Of a stretch of DNA of 64,000 nucleotides, positions 1 to 10,597 are shown piece by piece. A model generated the notes under the pieces. It saw only the letters and a list, made by a program, of their open reading frames with translations, had not been told where the DNA came from and searched no databases. Location: the NCBI GenBank assembly GCA_947478395.1, contig CANJVR010000002.1:736001-800000 (forward strand), read 5' to 3'. Positions within the stretch are counted from its first letter, which is position 1. Every line of letters starts with the position of its first letter. Source of the DNA: Opitutia bacterium. GTDB taxonomy: Bacteria; Verrucomicrobiota; Verrucomicrobiia; Opitutales; Opitutaceae. A program made the position numbers and the translations under genes.

Positions 1-1
1 A

Positions 2-310
2 GCCACTATCAAAACCCAAGGCCAGCAGTTCACTGTGACCGAAGGCGACATCCTCATCGTCAACCGCTATCCCAAGACGGAAGCCGGTCAAACGGTTGAG
101 ATTACCGACGTACTGGCCGCTGGCGAAGGCGCCGACTACCGCGTGGGCCGCCCCACTTTGATGGGTGCTTCCGTCTCCGTCACGATCTTGGAAAACAAGC
201 GCGGCGACAAGGTCATCGCGTTCAAGAAAAAGAAACGCAAAGGCTTCGAGAAAAAGCGCGGCCATCGTCAGGAGCTTTCGGTCATCAAGATCAAGAGCAT
301 CACCGTCTGA
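2..310 (+). CDS. rplU: 50S ribosomal protein L21 (5' truncated by the window edge)
   Basis: Frame is open from base 2 ([16 protein letters not shown]...). C-terminal [16 protein letters not shown] matches L21, and the gene lies directly upstream of rpmA. Confidence 0.97.
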   Translation, partial: ATIKTQGQQFTVTEGDILIVNRYPKTEAGQTVEITDVLAAGEGADYRVGRPTLMGASVSVTILENKRGDKVIAFKKKKRKGFEKKRGHRQELSVIKIKSITV

Positions 311-337
311 TTTTAATTCTAAAGGAAACCACCCACC

Positions 338-583
338 ATGGCGCATAAAACAGGTCAAAGCTCCACGTCCAACGGCCGCTCCAGCAAGGCAAAGCGTCTC
401 GGAGTGAAACTCTACGGCAGCGAAGCCGTTCGGGCTGGCGGTATCATCATCCGCCAGCGCGGCAGCAAGACCCACGCCGGCAAGAACGTCGGCACCGGTC
501 GCGACTGGACCCTCTTCGCGCTGAAGGACGGCGTCGTGAAATACGACAAAGTCCACCGCAGCGTCGAGGTCGTCGTCGGCTAA
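338..583 (+). CDS. rpmA: 50S ribosomal protein L27
   Basis: [43 protein letters not shown] is the L27 signature; conserved rplU-rpmA order. Confidence 0.98.
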   Translation: MAHKTGQSSTSNGRSSKAKRLGVKLYGSEAVRAGGIIIRQRGSKTHAGKNVGTGRDWTLFALKDGVVKYDKVHRSVEVVVG

Positions 584-606
584 CGTTCCCGTCCTTTCAA
601 AATTTC

Positions 607-635
607 AACGCAGTCCGCATGGACTGCGTTTTTTT
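607..635 (+). terminator. Rho-independent terminator of rplU-rpmA
   Basis: Perfect 10-bp stem AACGCAGTCC-gcat-GGACTGCGTT followed by a T run. Confidence 0.9.
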
Positions 636-723
636 ATGGGCGTATGCCCGGCCCCCTTGGCGGCGACTGCCTGCGCGTCGCGCAAAAGCTGAGGTCTTCC
701 GCGCAAAGCTGGAGCGGCGAAAG

Positions 724-846
724 TTTTCCGTGGCGGCTTTGAGTAACGGCAGGCGTCGCTGCCTGCCAGGTTCGGCCGTCCTCGTTTCGGGCAGGCAGGG
801 ACGCCTGCCGCTACGCTACGTCGTGAGCGGCTGCGCTTTTGGTTAA
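724..846 (+). repeat. Composite REP/MITE-like element, copy A
   Basis: Left end TTTTCCGTGGC; inverted REP pair GTAACGGCAGGCGTCGCTGCCTGCC (743-767) / GGCAGGCAGGGACGCCTGCCGCTAC (790-814); right end GGCTGCGCTTTTGGTTAA. Similar copies at 11652, 17026, 42550 and 57471. Confidence 0.85.
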
Positions 847-851
847 AGCGA

Positions 852-1931
852 CTAGTTGGCCGCGGGATAACTCCCGAGCCATTTCACCATCGGACAGAAA
901 CTCCGCAGGTCGGCAAGGGCCGCCTTCATGGCTGGGTCGTCGTGGTGGCCGCTGACATCGAGAAAAAAATAATAATCCCACGGCCGCTTCTTGCTCGGCC
1001 GCGACTCGATCTTCGAAAGATTAATGCCTCGGCTCGCGAGCGGATTGAGCATCTTGAGCAACGCGCCCGAGTGCGCCGCGGCTTCATCGCCGAGCGACAC
1101 CAACAGACTCGTGATGTCTTTCCCGCCGCCCACCGGGCCGGAGGATCGCCGTCCCAGCACGAAGAAGCGCGTGGTGTTGTCCGCCTTGTCCTGAATATTT
1201 CGCGCGAGCACCGGTACGCCGTGAAATTCCGCCGCGAGTTCACTCGCCACCGCGGCCACGCCCGGTTCGACCTTCGCGATCTGCACCGCGCGCGAGGTGC
1301 TCGTCGCGTCGACCAGCTGCGCATGCGGCACGTGGCGCTGCAGCCAGTTCCGGCACTGCGCGAGCGCTTGGTCTTTGGACAACACTTTTTGAATTTTTTC
1401 CAACGGCGTCGCGGAGATTAGAGCGTGCGTGATCTCCAGATAAACTTGCGCCACGATTTTCAGATCGCTGTCGACGAAGCTGTCCAACGCCTCGCGCACC
1501 GAACCCTCGGTGGAGTTTTCAATCGGGATCACGGCATAGTCGGCCTCACCTTTTTCAACCGCCGTGAAAATATCACCGACCGATGCCATGGCGTGATAGT
1601 CCACGCTCGCGCCGAATTTCTTCATCGCGGCAGCGTGCGTGTTCGTCGCTTCCGGCCCGAGATAAGCGATCATCAGCGGCTTCTCGAGCGCGATGGCCGC
1701 CGACATGATCTCGCGATAGATCGCCCGCAAGGCGTCATCTTTGATCGGCCCCTGATTCTGGCCGCAGACTTTTCGCATGACCGCGTCCTCGCGCTCCGCG
1801 ACATAGATCTCGCCGCCCGTGCTACGCTTCACCTTGCCGATCTCGGCCGCCAGCGCGAGCCGCTGGTTGATCAGCTCGACGAGTTGGCGATCGAGGGTAT
1901 CGATCTTTTCGCGAATAGGGCCGAGGTCCAT
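852..1931 (-). CDS. pheA: Bifunctional chorismate mutase / prephenate dehydratase (P-protein)
   Basis: N-terminal CM domain (IREKIDTLDRQLVELINQR), PDT motifs YLGP, PIENSTEG and NTTRF, ACT domain INLSKIESRP. Confidence 0.96.
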   Translation of the reverse strand: MDLGPIREKIDTLDRQLVELINQRLALAAEIGKVKRSTGGEIYVAEREDAVMRKVCGQNQGPIKDDALRAIYREIMSAAIALEKPLMIAYLGPEATNTHAAAMKKFGASVDYHAMASVGDIFTAVEKGEADYAVIPIENSTEGSVREALDSFVDSDLKIVAQVYLEITHALISATPLEKIQKVLSKDQALAQCRNWLQRHVPHAQLVDATSTSRAVQIAKVEPGVAAVASELAAEFHGVPVLARNIQDKADNTTRFFVLGRRSSGPVGGGKDITSLLVSLGDEAAAHSGALLKMLNPLASRGINLSKIESRPSKKRPWDYYFFLDVSGHHDDPAMKAALADLRSFCPMVKWLGSYPAAN

Positions 1932-1934
1932 GGG

Positions 1935-2825
1935 TCAGGAAGCGGGCGTGGGGTCCGGGACGACGGGCTCTTGCGGCGCGTCCGCGGTCGCATCGACCAC
2001 CGTCGTTCCACTCTCCGTTGCGAGCGTGAGTTGTTCTGTCTCCAAGCCCATCTCCGCATCGCCCAGAGTGTGCGGCGTGGTGGCCTTTTTGAGCCACTCG
2101 TCGATTTGCCGCGACGATAGCACGTCGGACGCGGGCAACTCGTCGAGCGACTTGATCCCGGTATATTCGAGAAATTTGTCGGTTGTGCCGTATTGGAGCG
2201 GACGGCCCGGTAAATCTGCGCGGCCCACGATATAAATGAGATCGCGCTCGAGCAGTTTGTTCACGCCGGCCTCGGCCGAAACGCCGCGGATGGTCTCAAT
2301 TTCGGTCCGCGTAACGGGCTGGCGATAGGCCACCACCGCGAGCGTTTCCAGCGACGACTGGCTCAACTTCACGGGCGGCGGCTCCTGACGCAAAATCCGC
2401 ACCCAGCGTGCGAACTGCGGCTGGGTAACCAATCGATAACCGCTCGAGCCCTCGATCAGCAGCAGGCCTTCGTCGGCCAGCCGAAGCTCCGCCGCGATCT
2501 CGTCCATCACTTCCCGGATCTGGGCCGTCGTCACGAGCGAAGGCACGTCTTGATAAAGCTCCGCCTCACCCGGCAGCTCCGCAACGACCTCGGTCACTTC
2601 GCCCGCGTCGGCGACGCTGGCGACCGGCACCTCGACCCGCGGAAGAACCACCTCGCCCGCCGCGGGCGGTTCATCGGTCGGAACGTCGTCACTGACGATC
2701 CCCGGCAAAGGGAGCGTCTGCTGTTCATGAAACCGCGTGAACACCGCCTGCACATCCTTTACTGCCAGCGGCAGATTTGAGGAGAGCAGCAAGGCCTTGA
2801 GCACTTTTTTGAGATTGAACGCCAT
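1935..2825 (-). CDS. scpB: SMC-Scp complex subunit ScpB
   Basis: [29 protein letters not shown] and [11 protein letters not shown] motifs. Start taken at [10 protein letters not shown] (2825) rather than the ORF-track start at 3029. Confidence 0.93.
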   Translation of the reverse strand: MAFNLKKVLKALLLSSNLPLAVKDVQAVFTRFHEQQTLPLPGIVSDDVPTDEPPAAGEVVLPRVEVPVASVADAGEVTEVVAELPGEAELYQDVPSLVTTAQIREVMDEIAAELRLADEGLLLIEGSSGYRLVTQPQFARWVRILRQEPPPVKLSQSSLETLAVVAYRQPVTRTEIETIRGVSAEAGVNKLLERDLIYIVGRADLPGRPLQYGTTDKFLEYTGIKSLDELPASDVLSSRQIDEWLKKATTPHTLGDAEMGLETEQLTLATESGTTVVDATADAPQEPVVPDPTPAS

Positions 2826-2988
2826 GCGGAGAAAAACGCCGCGAGTGAATCGCGCGGCCGGCGGCTCACGCAACCTTGAAAAGTTGCGGTTTCCGTTCCG
2901 CACGATTTTCCGCGGCGCTTTGGGTGCCCGGACGCGAACGCGCTTGCCCGCCTGCCTGGCGCTTGGTCTGCTGCGCACCGCTTTACCC

Positions 2989-4689
2989 ATGTCAAAATCC
3001 CTCGAAAATCTTCGCCCGCATTCTTCCATTGTTCACGACGGTCCCAGCCGCGCGGGCGCCCGTTCGATGCTCCGCCCCGTTGGTTTCACCGACGAAGACT
3101 TCAAGAAGCCGGTCGTCGGCATTGCCTCACTTTGGAGCATGGTCACGCCGTGTAACATGCACTTGGACCAGCTTTCCCGCGAAGCCGAAGCGGGAGCCAA
3201 CGCCGCGGGCGGCAAGGCGATCATCTTCGGGACCATCACGGTTTCCGACGGGATCAGCATGGGGACGCCGGGCATGCGTTATTCGCTCGTTTCGCGTGAG
3301 GTGATCGCGGATTCGATCGAGACGGTTTCTGGCGCCGAAGGCTTTGACGCGATCGTGACGGTGGGCGGTTGCGACAAAAACATGCCCGGTTGTCTCATGG
3401 CGCTGGCGCGGCTGAACCGGCCTGGAGTGTTTGTCTACGGCGGCACCATTTTGCCCGGCTTCCACCCCGCGACGAAAAAAGAATGCGATATCGTTTCGGT
3501 TTACGAGGCGATCGGGCAACACGCGGCCGGCAAGGTCGACGACAAGGGCCTGGCCGCGCTGGAAAATTGCTCGATTCCCGGCCCAGGCTCCTGCGGCGGC
3601 ATGTACACGGCCAACACGATGGCTTCGGCCATCGAGGCCCTCGGCATGTCGCTGCCGAATTCCTCGGCGCAGATTGCGATCAGTGCCGAGAAAAAAGCCG
3701 ATTGCCGCAACGCCGGCGCCGCGGCGATCGAGTTGCTCAAGCGGAACATCAAGCCGCGGGATATCATGACGCGAAAAGCGTTCGAAAACGCCATCGTCGT
3801 TACGATCGCCCTCGGCGGCTCGACCAACGCCGTGCTGCATTTGCTCGCGATGGCGCACAGTGCGGGCGTGAAGCTTTCCATCGATGATTTCACCAAGATC
3901 GGCAAACGCGTGCCGGTCCTGGCCGATCTCAAGCCCTCCGGCAAATACGGGATGGTGCATCTCACGCGCATCGGCGGATTGCCGCCGTTGATGAAGGTGT
4001 TGCTCGACGCCGGTCTGCTGCATGGCGACTGCATCACCGTGACGGGCAAGACCGTCGCGGAAAACCTGAAGAACGTCGGCGCCTACCCGGTCGATCAGGA
4101 TGTGGTCCGCCCGCTTTCGAATCCGATCAAGGCGGACAGCCATCTCCGCATTCTCTATGGCAATCTCGCTCCCGAAGGTGCGGTGGCGAAAATTTCCGGC
4201 AAAGAAGGCCTCGTTTTCAGTGGCAAAGCGATCGTGTTCGAAGGTGAGGAAGCGGCGCTCAAGGCCATTCTCGAAGGTAAAGTAAAAGCCGGCCATGTCG
4301 TGGTCATTCGCAACGAAGGCCCCGTCGGCGGCCCCGGCATGCGTGAAATGCTCAGTCCCACGAGCGCCATCATGGGTCGCGGTCTCGGCAAAGATGTCGC
4401 CCTGATTACCGACGGTCGTTTCTCGGGCGGCAGCCACGGTTTTGTGGTCGGCCACATCGCGCCGGAAGCGGCGCTGGGCGGACCGATCGGCATTTTAAAA
4501 AATGGCGACCCGATCACGATCAACGCCCTGAAGAACGAGCTCACGCTCGATCTCACGGCGAAGGAAATCAAGGCCCGCCAGAAAGCGTGGAAGCCGAAGA
4601 AGGCCAAGGAAACTCGCGGCGTGCTCGCGAAGTATGCCAAGCTGGTCACGAGTGCTTCCGAAGGGGCTGTGACCGATAAAGATCTCTGA
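2989..4689 (+). CDS. ilvD: Dihydroxy-acid dehydratase
   Basis: [36 protein letters not shown] and TDGRFSGG motifs. Start at MSKSLENL (2989). Confidence 0.95.
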   Translation: MSKSLENLRPHSSIVHDGPSRAGARSMLRPVGFTDEDFKKPVVGIASLWSMVTPCNMHLDQLSREAEAGANAAGGKAIIFGTITVSDGISMGTPGMRYSLVSREVIADSIETVSGAEGFDAIVTVGGCDKNMPGCLMALARLNRPGVFVYGGTILPGFHPATKKECDIVSVYEAIGQHAAGKVDDKGLAALENCSIPGPGSCGGMYTANTMASAIEALGMSLPNSSAQIAISAEKKADCRNAGAAAIELLKRNIKPRDIMTRKAFENAIVVTIALGGSTNAVLHLLAMAHSAGVKLSIDDFTKIGKRVPVLADLKPSGKYGMVHLTRIGGLPPLMKVLLDAGLLHGDCITVTGKTVAENLKNVGAYPVDQDVVRPLSNPIKADSHLRILYGNLAPEGAVAKISGKEGLVFSGKAIVFEGEEAALKAILEGKVKAGHVVVIRNEGPVGGPGMREMLSPTSAIMGRGLGKDVALITDGRFSGGSHGFVVGHIAPEAALGGPIGILKNGDPITINALKNELTLDLTAKEIKARQKAWKPKKAKETRGVLAKYAKLVTSASEGAVTDKDL

Positions 4690-4694
4690 AAAAG

Positions 4695-4741
4695 ATAGGT
4701 CCCGTAGGTCCTATAGGTCTTGAAAGACCAATAGGACCTAC
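4695..4741. repeat. 9-bp-period inverted repeat hairpin between ilvD and the four-helix-bundle pseudogene
   Basis: ATAGGTCCC GTAGGTCCT ATAGGTCT-tgaa-AGACCAATAGGACCTAC; 17-bp stem 4704-4720/4725-4741 with one mismatch. Confidence 0.8.
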
Positions 4742-5296
4742 CTTTGAAAACTCCTGCGGTTTCTCGACATTCTGTTTCTTATACCGCCGTTCTGCCGGAA
4801 ATCCTGCTCGAGGCCCCGAATTTGCCGATCGAGCAGATCGTTCGCTTCATGGATCAGGCCGAGCGCGATTTTGGCCCCCACTTCGCCGGGGCTAGTTTCG
4901 ACAAACGCCCGAAACTCACCGTAGCCCGCTCCGGGTTTTTCGTCCAAGCGCCGCACGAACCCAGCTTCTTTCGCATCCTTGGCCCAAATCGCCAGCTGCC
5001 TCACCCGCGAAAAATCGTCGTAGTCCGCCAGCAGTTCCTCGAGGCTCGCCCGCGCGACATTGGTTAGCTTGAGCTTCATCTCCTTCGAGGTCCCCGACGC
5101 CTTTGAACCTTCGAGGATATTCTGCTTTTCCGACCGCGCCGCCGCACCCTCTGGTCGATCGTACGATCTCCCTTCCGCAGAAACCATTCACGAAATCGAT
5201 CCGTGAGGTCGTAAACAATCTCCGCCTTTTGAAGCGACCGCAGTTCGCGATAGTGCCCGTAGCCGGCAGAAGTTTTCCGGGGCTTACACACTCCAT
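4738..5296 (-). pseudogene. Four-helix-bundle protein with suffix domain (23S rRNA IVP/Avd-like family), frameshifted
   Basis: Three frames join into one family-like protein: MECVSPGKLLP | GHYRELRSLQKAEIVYDLT..GDRTIDQ | AARSEKQNILEGSKASGTSKE..LTNVARASLEELLADY..LLDRQIRGLEQDF..GGIRNRM. Frameshifts near 5262 and 5144. Confidence 0.85.
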
Positions 5297-5464
5297 CTTG
5301 CGCGCAACGTAGGCGACCCTTGTTCGCCGAGTAGCCCTTTCTCGGGCTCATCTTGCCAAAGTAGAGTTCACTCGGACCGCCCGTTTTTCCGGACTGTTCT
5401 GCCCTGATCTTTTAAATCGCCCGCAGCCTTTCCCCGAGCCCCGCGTCGTACCGCTGGCCACCCT

Positions 5465-7774
5465 ATGCCTTCGCTTCTTCCCTCCTCCACCGCAGCCCGT
5501 CTCCTCGCGCTCGCTTTCCTGGCCCCGCTTTCTGCGTCACTGGTCACCGCCTCCGCTGCGCCGGTCGTCGCCAAGGCCACCGCCAGCGCGCCGGTCACGG
5601 TCAAGGACAACGGCACGCATTTCGTTTTAGACAACGGCATCGTCACCGCGCACATCAACAAACGGAATGGCAGCCTCGAACAGGTGATCTACAAAGGCGT
5701 GGATCGCGCCGGTCACGATCAGGGCGCCGTAGGCGTCTGGGAACAGGACCCGTCCGCCGCCGCTGCGAGCGGGGGCCTAACGCAGTTGATCACGATCGAC
5801 CCCGCAAAAAACGGCGGCACACGCGGCGAGATCGCCATCAAGGGCGTCACAGGCGGCAAAGTGATGCTCACCCCGAACGCTCCCGGCGGCGGCACTCTGT
5901 GCGACCTCGAACTGCGCTACGCCATCGGCCAAGGCGAGAGCGGCATCTATACCTACGCGATTTTTTCCCACCCGGAATCCTATGGCGCGATGGGCGTCGG
6001 CGAGAGCCGCTTCATCCTGCGCGTGAATCAGTCCTTCGATTGGATTTCGGTCGACGCCGACCGCAATCTCCTCGCCGCCGGCCCGCTCAATTGGGGCACC
6101 GGCGTCGTCGTCCACGCCAAGGAGCAGCGCGTCATGAGCCAGGGGCCGTACAAAAATTCCGTCGAGCACAAGTACAGCTACAACGCGATCCAGTACAAAA
6201 TCCCCGCCTACGGCTGGTCGAGCACGCAGGAGCACGTCGGCGTGTGGTTCATCAACCCCACCATCGAATACCTCAGCGGCGGCGCCTCAAAACAGGAACT
6301 GGTCTGCCACTATGGCGACAACGACAACCCCGATCCCATCCTGCTGAACTATTGGCGCGGCACGCACTACGGCGGCGGGGCAACGTGCACCATCGCGGCC
6401 GGCGAAGCGTGGAGCAAAGTCGTCGGTCCGATGTTTATCTACGTTAACTCCCTCGATGGATTCGACACGCCTTCCAAGGCCGACCTCGACACCTTCGCCG
6501 CCACGGCCGGCAACCCCACCGTTCCGTCAGCGTGGAAAACCAACGCCACCGCGCTCTGGCACGACGCGCTTACCCAAGCGAAAAGCGAGACGGGGAAATG
6601 GCCCTACGCGTGGGTGAACGGCGTCGACTACCCGCACAAAGCCGAGCGCGCCACCGTGACCGGACAACTCGCGCTCAATGACCCGCTGGCCCCCGTCCCG
6701 TTGAAAAAATTCACGAGCCTCACGATCGGCCTCGCTTACCCCGACACCGTCGTGCCCGCGCCCGCTGGCCCTCCTCCGACCGGTGCACCCAACGGCGCGG
6801 CAGCTCCCGCCGGCGGCCCACCCCGCGGCGGACGCGGCGGTTTCGGCGGACCACGCACCGTCGATTGGGCGCACGATGCGAAACATTATCAATTTTGGAC
6901 CGACGGCGCCGCCGACGGAAAATTCACGATCCCCAACGTGCGTCCCGGCAAATATACGCTGCACGCCTTTGCGGACGGCGTCCTCGGCGAATTCGCGCAG
7001 ACCGATATCGTCGTCGAAGCCGGCAAGGCGGTCGATCTCGGCAAACTCGAATGGAAGCCCGTGCGTTACGGCAAACAGGTCTGGGAAATCGGCGTGCCCA
7101 ACCGCAACGCCAGCGAGTTCCTGAAGGGCGACGCCGACAACTACTGGCTCTGGGGCTGGCCGCTGCGTTACGCCCTCCTCTTTCCGCATGACCTCACCTA
7201 CACGGTTGGCCAAAGCGACTGGCACAAAGACTGGTTCTTCGAACAAGTCCCCCACGCGGAAGATCTGTCTTTCGTGAATCCCGAAGCGAAAGATCCGGCC
7301 AACCAAAAATTCGGCTGGGTCAAAGCCGAATCTCGCGCGCAATTTCCGACGACCGATCGCGACGGCGGCGTCTGGCGGCGCTACGGCCGCGGCCGCGCGA
7401 CCACGTGGACGATCAAGTTCAAGATGGATAAAGCCGCACCCGGCACCGCGACGCTACGCCTCGCGCTGGCCGGCGCCGACGGCCAGGGCCTCACCGTCGC
7501 GATCAACGGCAAGGAGGCCGGCTCGATCCGTCCAGCATCAACGAACGCGCTTCGTTACAATACCGATAAAGGCGTCTGGCAGGAACAGACGGTAAAGTTC
7601 GACGCCGCCCTACTGCAGGCCGGCGAAAACGAGCTGACCCTGACCGTCCCCGCCGGCGACGTAACCAGTGGTGTCGTCTACGATTACCTCCGACTCGAAA
7701 TCGGCGAAACGAAAACAGCCAAGGCCACCGCGGATAAGGAAGTGTTAGGTTCCGGGTTCCGCGTCTCAAGTTAA
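5465..7774 (+). CDS. Secreted rhamnogalacturonan lyase-like protein (polysaccharide lyase family 4-like)
   Basis: Signal peptide; N-terminal LDNGIV.A.I, EHKY.Y and HYGG; FnIII-like DGKFTIPNVRPGKYTL.A; QVWEIG.PNR.A.EF; C-terminal GVVYDYLRLE typical of PL4 domain III. Confidence 0.8.
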   Translation: MPSLLPSSTAARLLALAFLAPLSASLVTASAAPVVAKATASAPVTVKDNGTHFVLDNGIVTAHINKRNGSLEQVIYKGVDRAGHDQGAVGVWEQDPSAAAASGGLTQLITIDPAKNGGTRGEIAIKGVTGGKVMLTPNAPGGGTLCDLELRYAIGQGESGIYTYAIFSHPESYGAMGVGESRFILRVNQSFDWISVDADRNLLAAGPLNWGTGVVVHAKEQRVMSQGPYKNSVEHKYSYNAIQYKIPAYGWSSTQEHVGVWFINPTIEYLSGGASKQELVCHYGDNDNPDPILLNYWRGTHYGGGATCTIAAGEAWSKVVGPMFIYVNSLDGFDTPSKADLDTFAATAGNPTVPSAWKTNATALWHDALTQAKSETGKWPYAWVNGVDYPHKAERATVTGQLALNDPLAPVPLKKFTSLTIGLAYPDTVVPAPAGPPPTGAPNGAAAPAGGPPRGGRGGFGGPRTVDWAHDAKHYQFWTDGAADGKFTIPNVRPGKYTLHAFADGVLGEFAQTDIVVEAGKAVDLGKLEWKPVRYGKQVWEIGVPNRNASEFLKGDADNYWLWGWPLRYALLFPHDLTYTVGQSDWHKDWFFEQVPHAEDLSFVNPEAKDPANQKFGWVKAESRAQFPTTDRDGGVWRRYGRGRATTWTIKFKMDKAAPGTATLRLALAGADGQGLTVAINGKEAGSIRPASTNALRYNTDKGVWQEQTVKFDAALLQAGENELTLTVPAGDVTSGVVYDYLRLEIGETKTAKATADKEVLGSGFRVSS

Positions 7775-7860
7775 GCGCTTTTTCGAATAAAACTCAGCAC
7801 ACGTGGGCCAGCGCTCTGGCCCACGTCAATGATCGCGGCGGCCGCACCCGCGCCGACAAC

Positions 7861-8040
7861 AACGGCACCAACATCGGCGTCTGGCGTGAGTACAAGCAGA
7901 CGTTCAACGCGAATCTCCTGAAGGTGGGCGAAAACCAAACTCAACTCACGGTCCCGGCGGGTGAGCTTACGAGCGGCGGCGTCTACGACTACCTTCGTCT
8001 CGAGCTCGACGAAAACACGAGTGCGACCGCGAGTCTCTGA
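7861..8040 (+). pseudogene. C-terminal remnant of a second PL4-like lyase paralog
   Basis: Translates as NGTNIGVWREYKQTFNANLLKVGENQTQLTVPAGELTSGGVYDYLRLELDE..*, clearly homologous to the upstream gene's KGVWQEQTVKFDAALLQAGENELTLTVPAGDVTSGVVYDYLRLEIGE. No start or N-terminal domains remain. Confidence 0.85.
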
Positions 8041-8049
8041 GCTGAGATC

Positions 8050-8181
8050 AGCGCAAAGACGCGCAGGGGCGACGGCAGAGCAAAGGAAAAGAGGTTCGGA
8101 TTGTGTGATCGAACTTCGGTACGCTCTGCTCACGGTCTCGCCTTCTTCGCTCCGAACTTCGCCCCTTCGCGTCTTCGCGCT
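8050..8181. repeat. Inverted repeat element (GCGCRAAGACGCGMAG-type arms)
   Basis: 8050-8072 AGCGCAAAGACGCGCAGGGGCGA matches the reverse complement of 8159-8181 at 21/23 positions. Confidence 0.75.
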
Positions 8182-8255
8182 TAATCCGAAACTCCGCGCC
8201 CGCCTCGCACTTTCCGCTTTGTCCTGCCGCACGCGCCTGTTACCTCTTCGGTCTC

Positions 8256-9836
8256 ATGACATGGTCCCGCTTTAAAACGCTCTACTACCAGAATGCGCAG
8301 CTCGGCGTGGCGCTCGACATTTCACGCATCCCTTTTCCCGCCGATTTTCTGGCCACAAAAGAAGCGGCCATCCAGCAGGCTTTCCTCGACATGGCCGCCC
8401 TCGAGCAGGGCGCCATCGCGAATCACGACGAGAAACGCATGGTCGGGCATTACTGGCTTCGCGCCCCGCAGCTCGCGCCGACGGCCGACCTGAGGCACGA
8501 AATTTCCTCCACGCTCACGGCGATCAAGGACTTTGCCGCCAAAGTTCACTCGGGCGCCATCGCCGGACCAAAAGGTAAATTCAAAAACCTGCTCGTCATC
8601 GGCATCGGCGGTTCCGCGCTCGGGCCCCAATTCGTGCACCACGCGCTCGGCCGCCCGCGCAAGGACAAACTCGCCGTTTCCTTTTTCGACAACACCGATC
8701 CCGACGGCATCGACTACGTTCTCGCCGGACTGCGCGGGCAGCTCGCGAAAACCATCGTCGTCGTCATTTCGAAATCCGGCGGTACCGCCGAAACGCGCAA
8801 CGGCCAGCTCGAAGCCGCCGCCGCGTTTCAAGCCGCCGGTCTCGATTTCACCAAGCACTACGTCGCCATCACCGGTGCCGGATCGAAGCTCGACCGAACC
8901 GCCATCGCCCAAAACTGGCTCGCGCGTTTCCCGATGTGGGATTGGGTCGGTGGCCGCACATCCGAACTCAGCGCGGTCGGCCTTTTACCCGCCGCACTTC
9001 AAGGCCTCGATATTCAGGCGATGCTCGACGGCGCCGCGGCGATGGACGTCGTCACGCGCCACCCCACCACCGCGCAGAATCCCGCCGCGCTGCTCGCGCT
9101 CATGTGGTATAGCGCGACCGATGGACGCGGCGCCAAAGACATGGTCGTGCTACCGTACAAGGATCGGCTCCTCCTGTTCTCGCGTTACCTCCAGCAGCTC
9201 GTGATGGAATCGCTCGGCAAGGAGCACGATCTCAAGGGTAACGTCGTCAACCAAGGCATCGCAGTCTACGGCAACAAGGGATCGACCGATCAACACGCGT
9301 ACGTGCAGCAGCTGCGCGAGGGCGTGAACAATTTCTTTGTCACGTTCATCGAGGTCCTGAAGGACCGGGACGCGAAGACGTCGCTCGAAGTCGAGCCCGG
9401 CGTCACCGCCGGCGATTTCCTGCAAGGCTTTTACCTGGGCACGCGGGACGCGCTGAGCGAAAAAGACCGCCACTCGGTTTCAATCACGCTGCCGGATATT
9501 TCACCGCGCTCGATCGGCATGTTGATCGCCCTCTACGAACGCGTGGTCGGCCTCTACGCCTCGCTGATCGGCATCAATGCCTATCACCAACCCGGGGTGG
9601 AAGCCGGCAAGAAGGCCGCGGGCGGCGTCATCGCGCTCCAGCTCAAGCTCACCGCGGCCCTCAAAGCCGCGCCGGAAAAAACGTTCACCGCCGAGGAACT
9701 CGCGACGGCCGTCGGCTCGCCGGACAGCGCCGAACTCGTTTTTAAAATTCTGGAACACCTCGCCGCCAACAAAGGCCGCGGGGTGAAAAAACGCGCGAAA
9801 ATGCTGTGGTATAAATCCACCTATCGCTCCGCCTGA
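8256..9836 (+). CDS. pgi: Glucose-6-phosphate isomerase
   Basis: [47 protein letters not shown] and [13 protein letters not shown] motifs. Confidence 0.96.
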   Translation: MTWSRFKTLYYQNAQLGVALDISRIPFPADFLATKEAAIQQAFLDMAALEQGAIANHDEKRMVGHYWLRAPQLAPTADLRHEISSTLTAIKDFAAKVHSGAIAGPKGKFKNLLVIGIGGSALGPQFVHHALGRPRKDKLAVSFFDNTDPDGIDYVLAGLRGQLAKTIVVVISKSGGTAETRNGQLEAAAAFQAAGLDFTKHYVAITGAGSKLDRTAIAQNWLARFPMWDWVGGRTSELSAVGLLPAALQGLDIQAMLDGAAAMDVVTRHPTTAQNPAALLALMWYSATDGRGAKDMVVLPYKDRLLLFSRYLQQLVMESLGKEHDLKGNVVNQGIAVYGNKGSTDQHAYVQQLREGVNNFFVTFIEVLKDRDAKTSLEVEPGVTAGDFLQGFYLGTRDALSEKDRHSVSITLPDISPRSIGMLIALYERVVGLYASLIGINAYHQPGVEAGKKAAGGVIALQLKLTAALKAAPEKTFTAEELATAVGSPDSAELVFKILEHLAANKGRGVKKRAKMLWYKSTYRSA

Positions 9837-9862
9837 TCAAACCGGGTCCGCGCCACAAAAAA

Positions 9863-10594
9863 ATGAACCGCCTGTTGCTGATACTGAGCCTCTGTGCGTT
9901 TACGCTGTGCGGTTCACTGGGAGCGCTTTATTGGCAGGTGTTGGATGCCCGGCGCGAACTGGCGGCGCGCAACGCGGTGCTGGACCAGCAACTGACGTCG
10001 TCGCGCGAACTCGCCGTGTCGTTCCAAAAACAGGCCGTTACGTTCGAAGCTCAACTGACCGTGTCCAAAGCCCAGCTGGTCGCATCGGACAACCGCACCA
10101 CGCAACTCACCGTCGATCTGGCGCAAACCAAGGCGGCCCTCGCCGCACGGGAGCAAGCGGAGCGCACGTTGCGCGATGAACTGAGTTCGCTGCGCCGGGA
10201 TCTGGCCGACACCCGCGCCGTGGCGATTTCCCCCGCTACCGTTACGGCTTATAAAAATACCATCGCCGAACTCGAGCGCCAGCTGGCGACCGCCAAGGAC
10301 GGCGCCGCCCTCCCCACCGCAGCCGGCGCTTCCACAGCTGTTTTTTCCAGCCGTTCCGGTCGCTCCTCGGCGACGATTGTCAGCGTGGGTCCCGAAAGCG
10401 CCTTTGTGGTTTTGAACTACGGCTCCAGCCGCGGCGCCTCGGTGGGCCAGCGATTTGTGCTGCGCAGCGGGTCCGATATTCTCGGCAGCGCGCTCATCAG
10501 CGACGTACGTTCGCAGTTCTCTGTTGCACAGGTGGAACCTGAATCGTTACACGGCATCTTGCACAAAGGCGATTTGGCCATATTGACTCCCTGA
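9863..10594 (+). CDS. Hypothetical membrane-anchored coiled-coil protein with small C-terminal beta domain
   Basis: N-terminal hydrophobic helix, long heptad-rich region, C-terminal FVVLNYGSSRGASVGQRF..SVAQV; 27 bp after pgi on the same strand. Confidence 0.75.
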   Translation: MNRLLLILSLCAFTLCGSLGALYWQVLDARRELAARNAVLDQQLTSSRELAVSFQKQAVTFEAQLTVSKAQLVASDNRTTQLTVDLAQTKAALAAREQAERTLRDELSSLRRDLADTRAVAISPATVTAYKNTIAELERQLATAKDGAALPTAAGASTAVFSSRSGRSSATIVSVGPESAFVVLNYGSSRGASVGQRFVLRSGSDILGSALISDVRSQFSVAQVEPESLHGILHKGDLAILTP

Positions 10595-10597
10595 ACC

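Noticed and set aside
2737..3029. Overlapping N-terminal extensions of scpB and ilvD in the ORF track (similarly 20731, 30969, 34737, 54159, 55519)
   Set aside because: Family homology or signal peptides begin at downstream starts; the extensions span intergenic DNA or neighbouring genes.
2989..4689. IlvD/Edd-family gene as the missing pentonate dehydratase of the Weimberg pathway
   Set aside because: The CDKNMPG and [10 protein letters not shown] motifs and housekeeping context fit a true dihydroxy-acid dehydratase, not the CDKT-type sugar-acid dehydratases.
4738..5296. Avd-like gene as part of a diversity-generating retroelement
   Set aside because: No reverse transcriptase and no template/variable repeat pair in the window, and the gene is pseudogenised.
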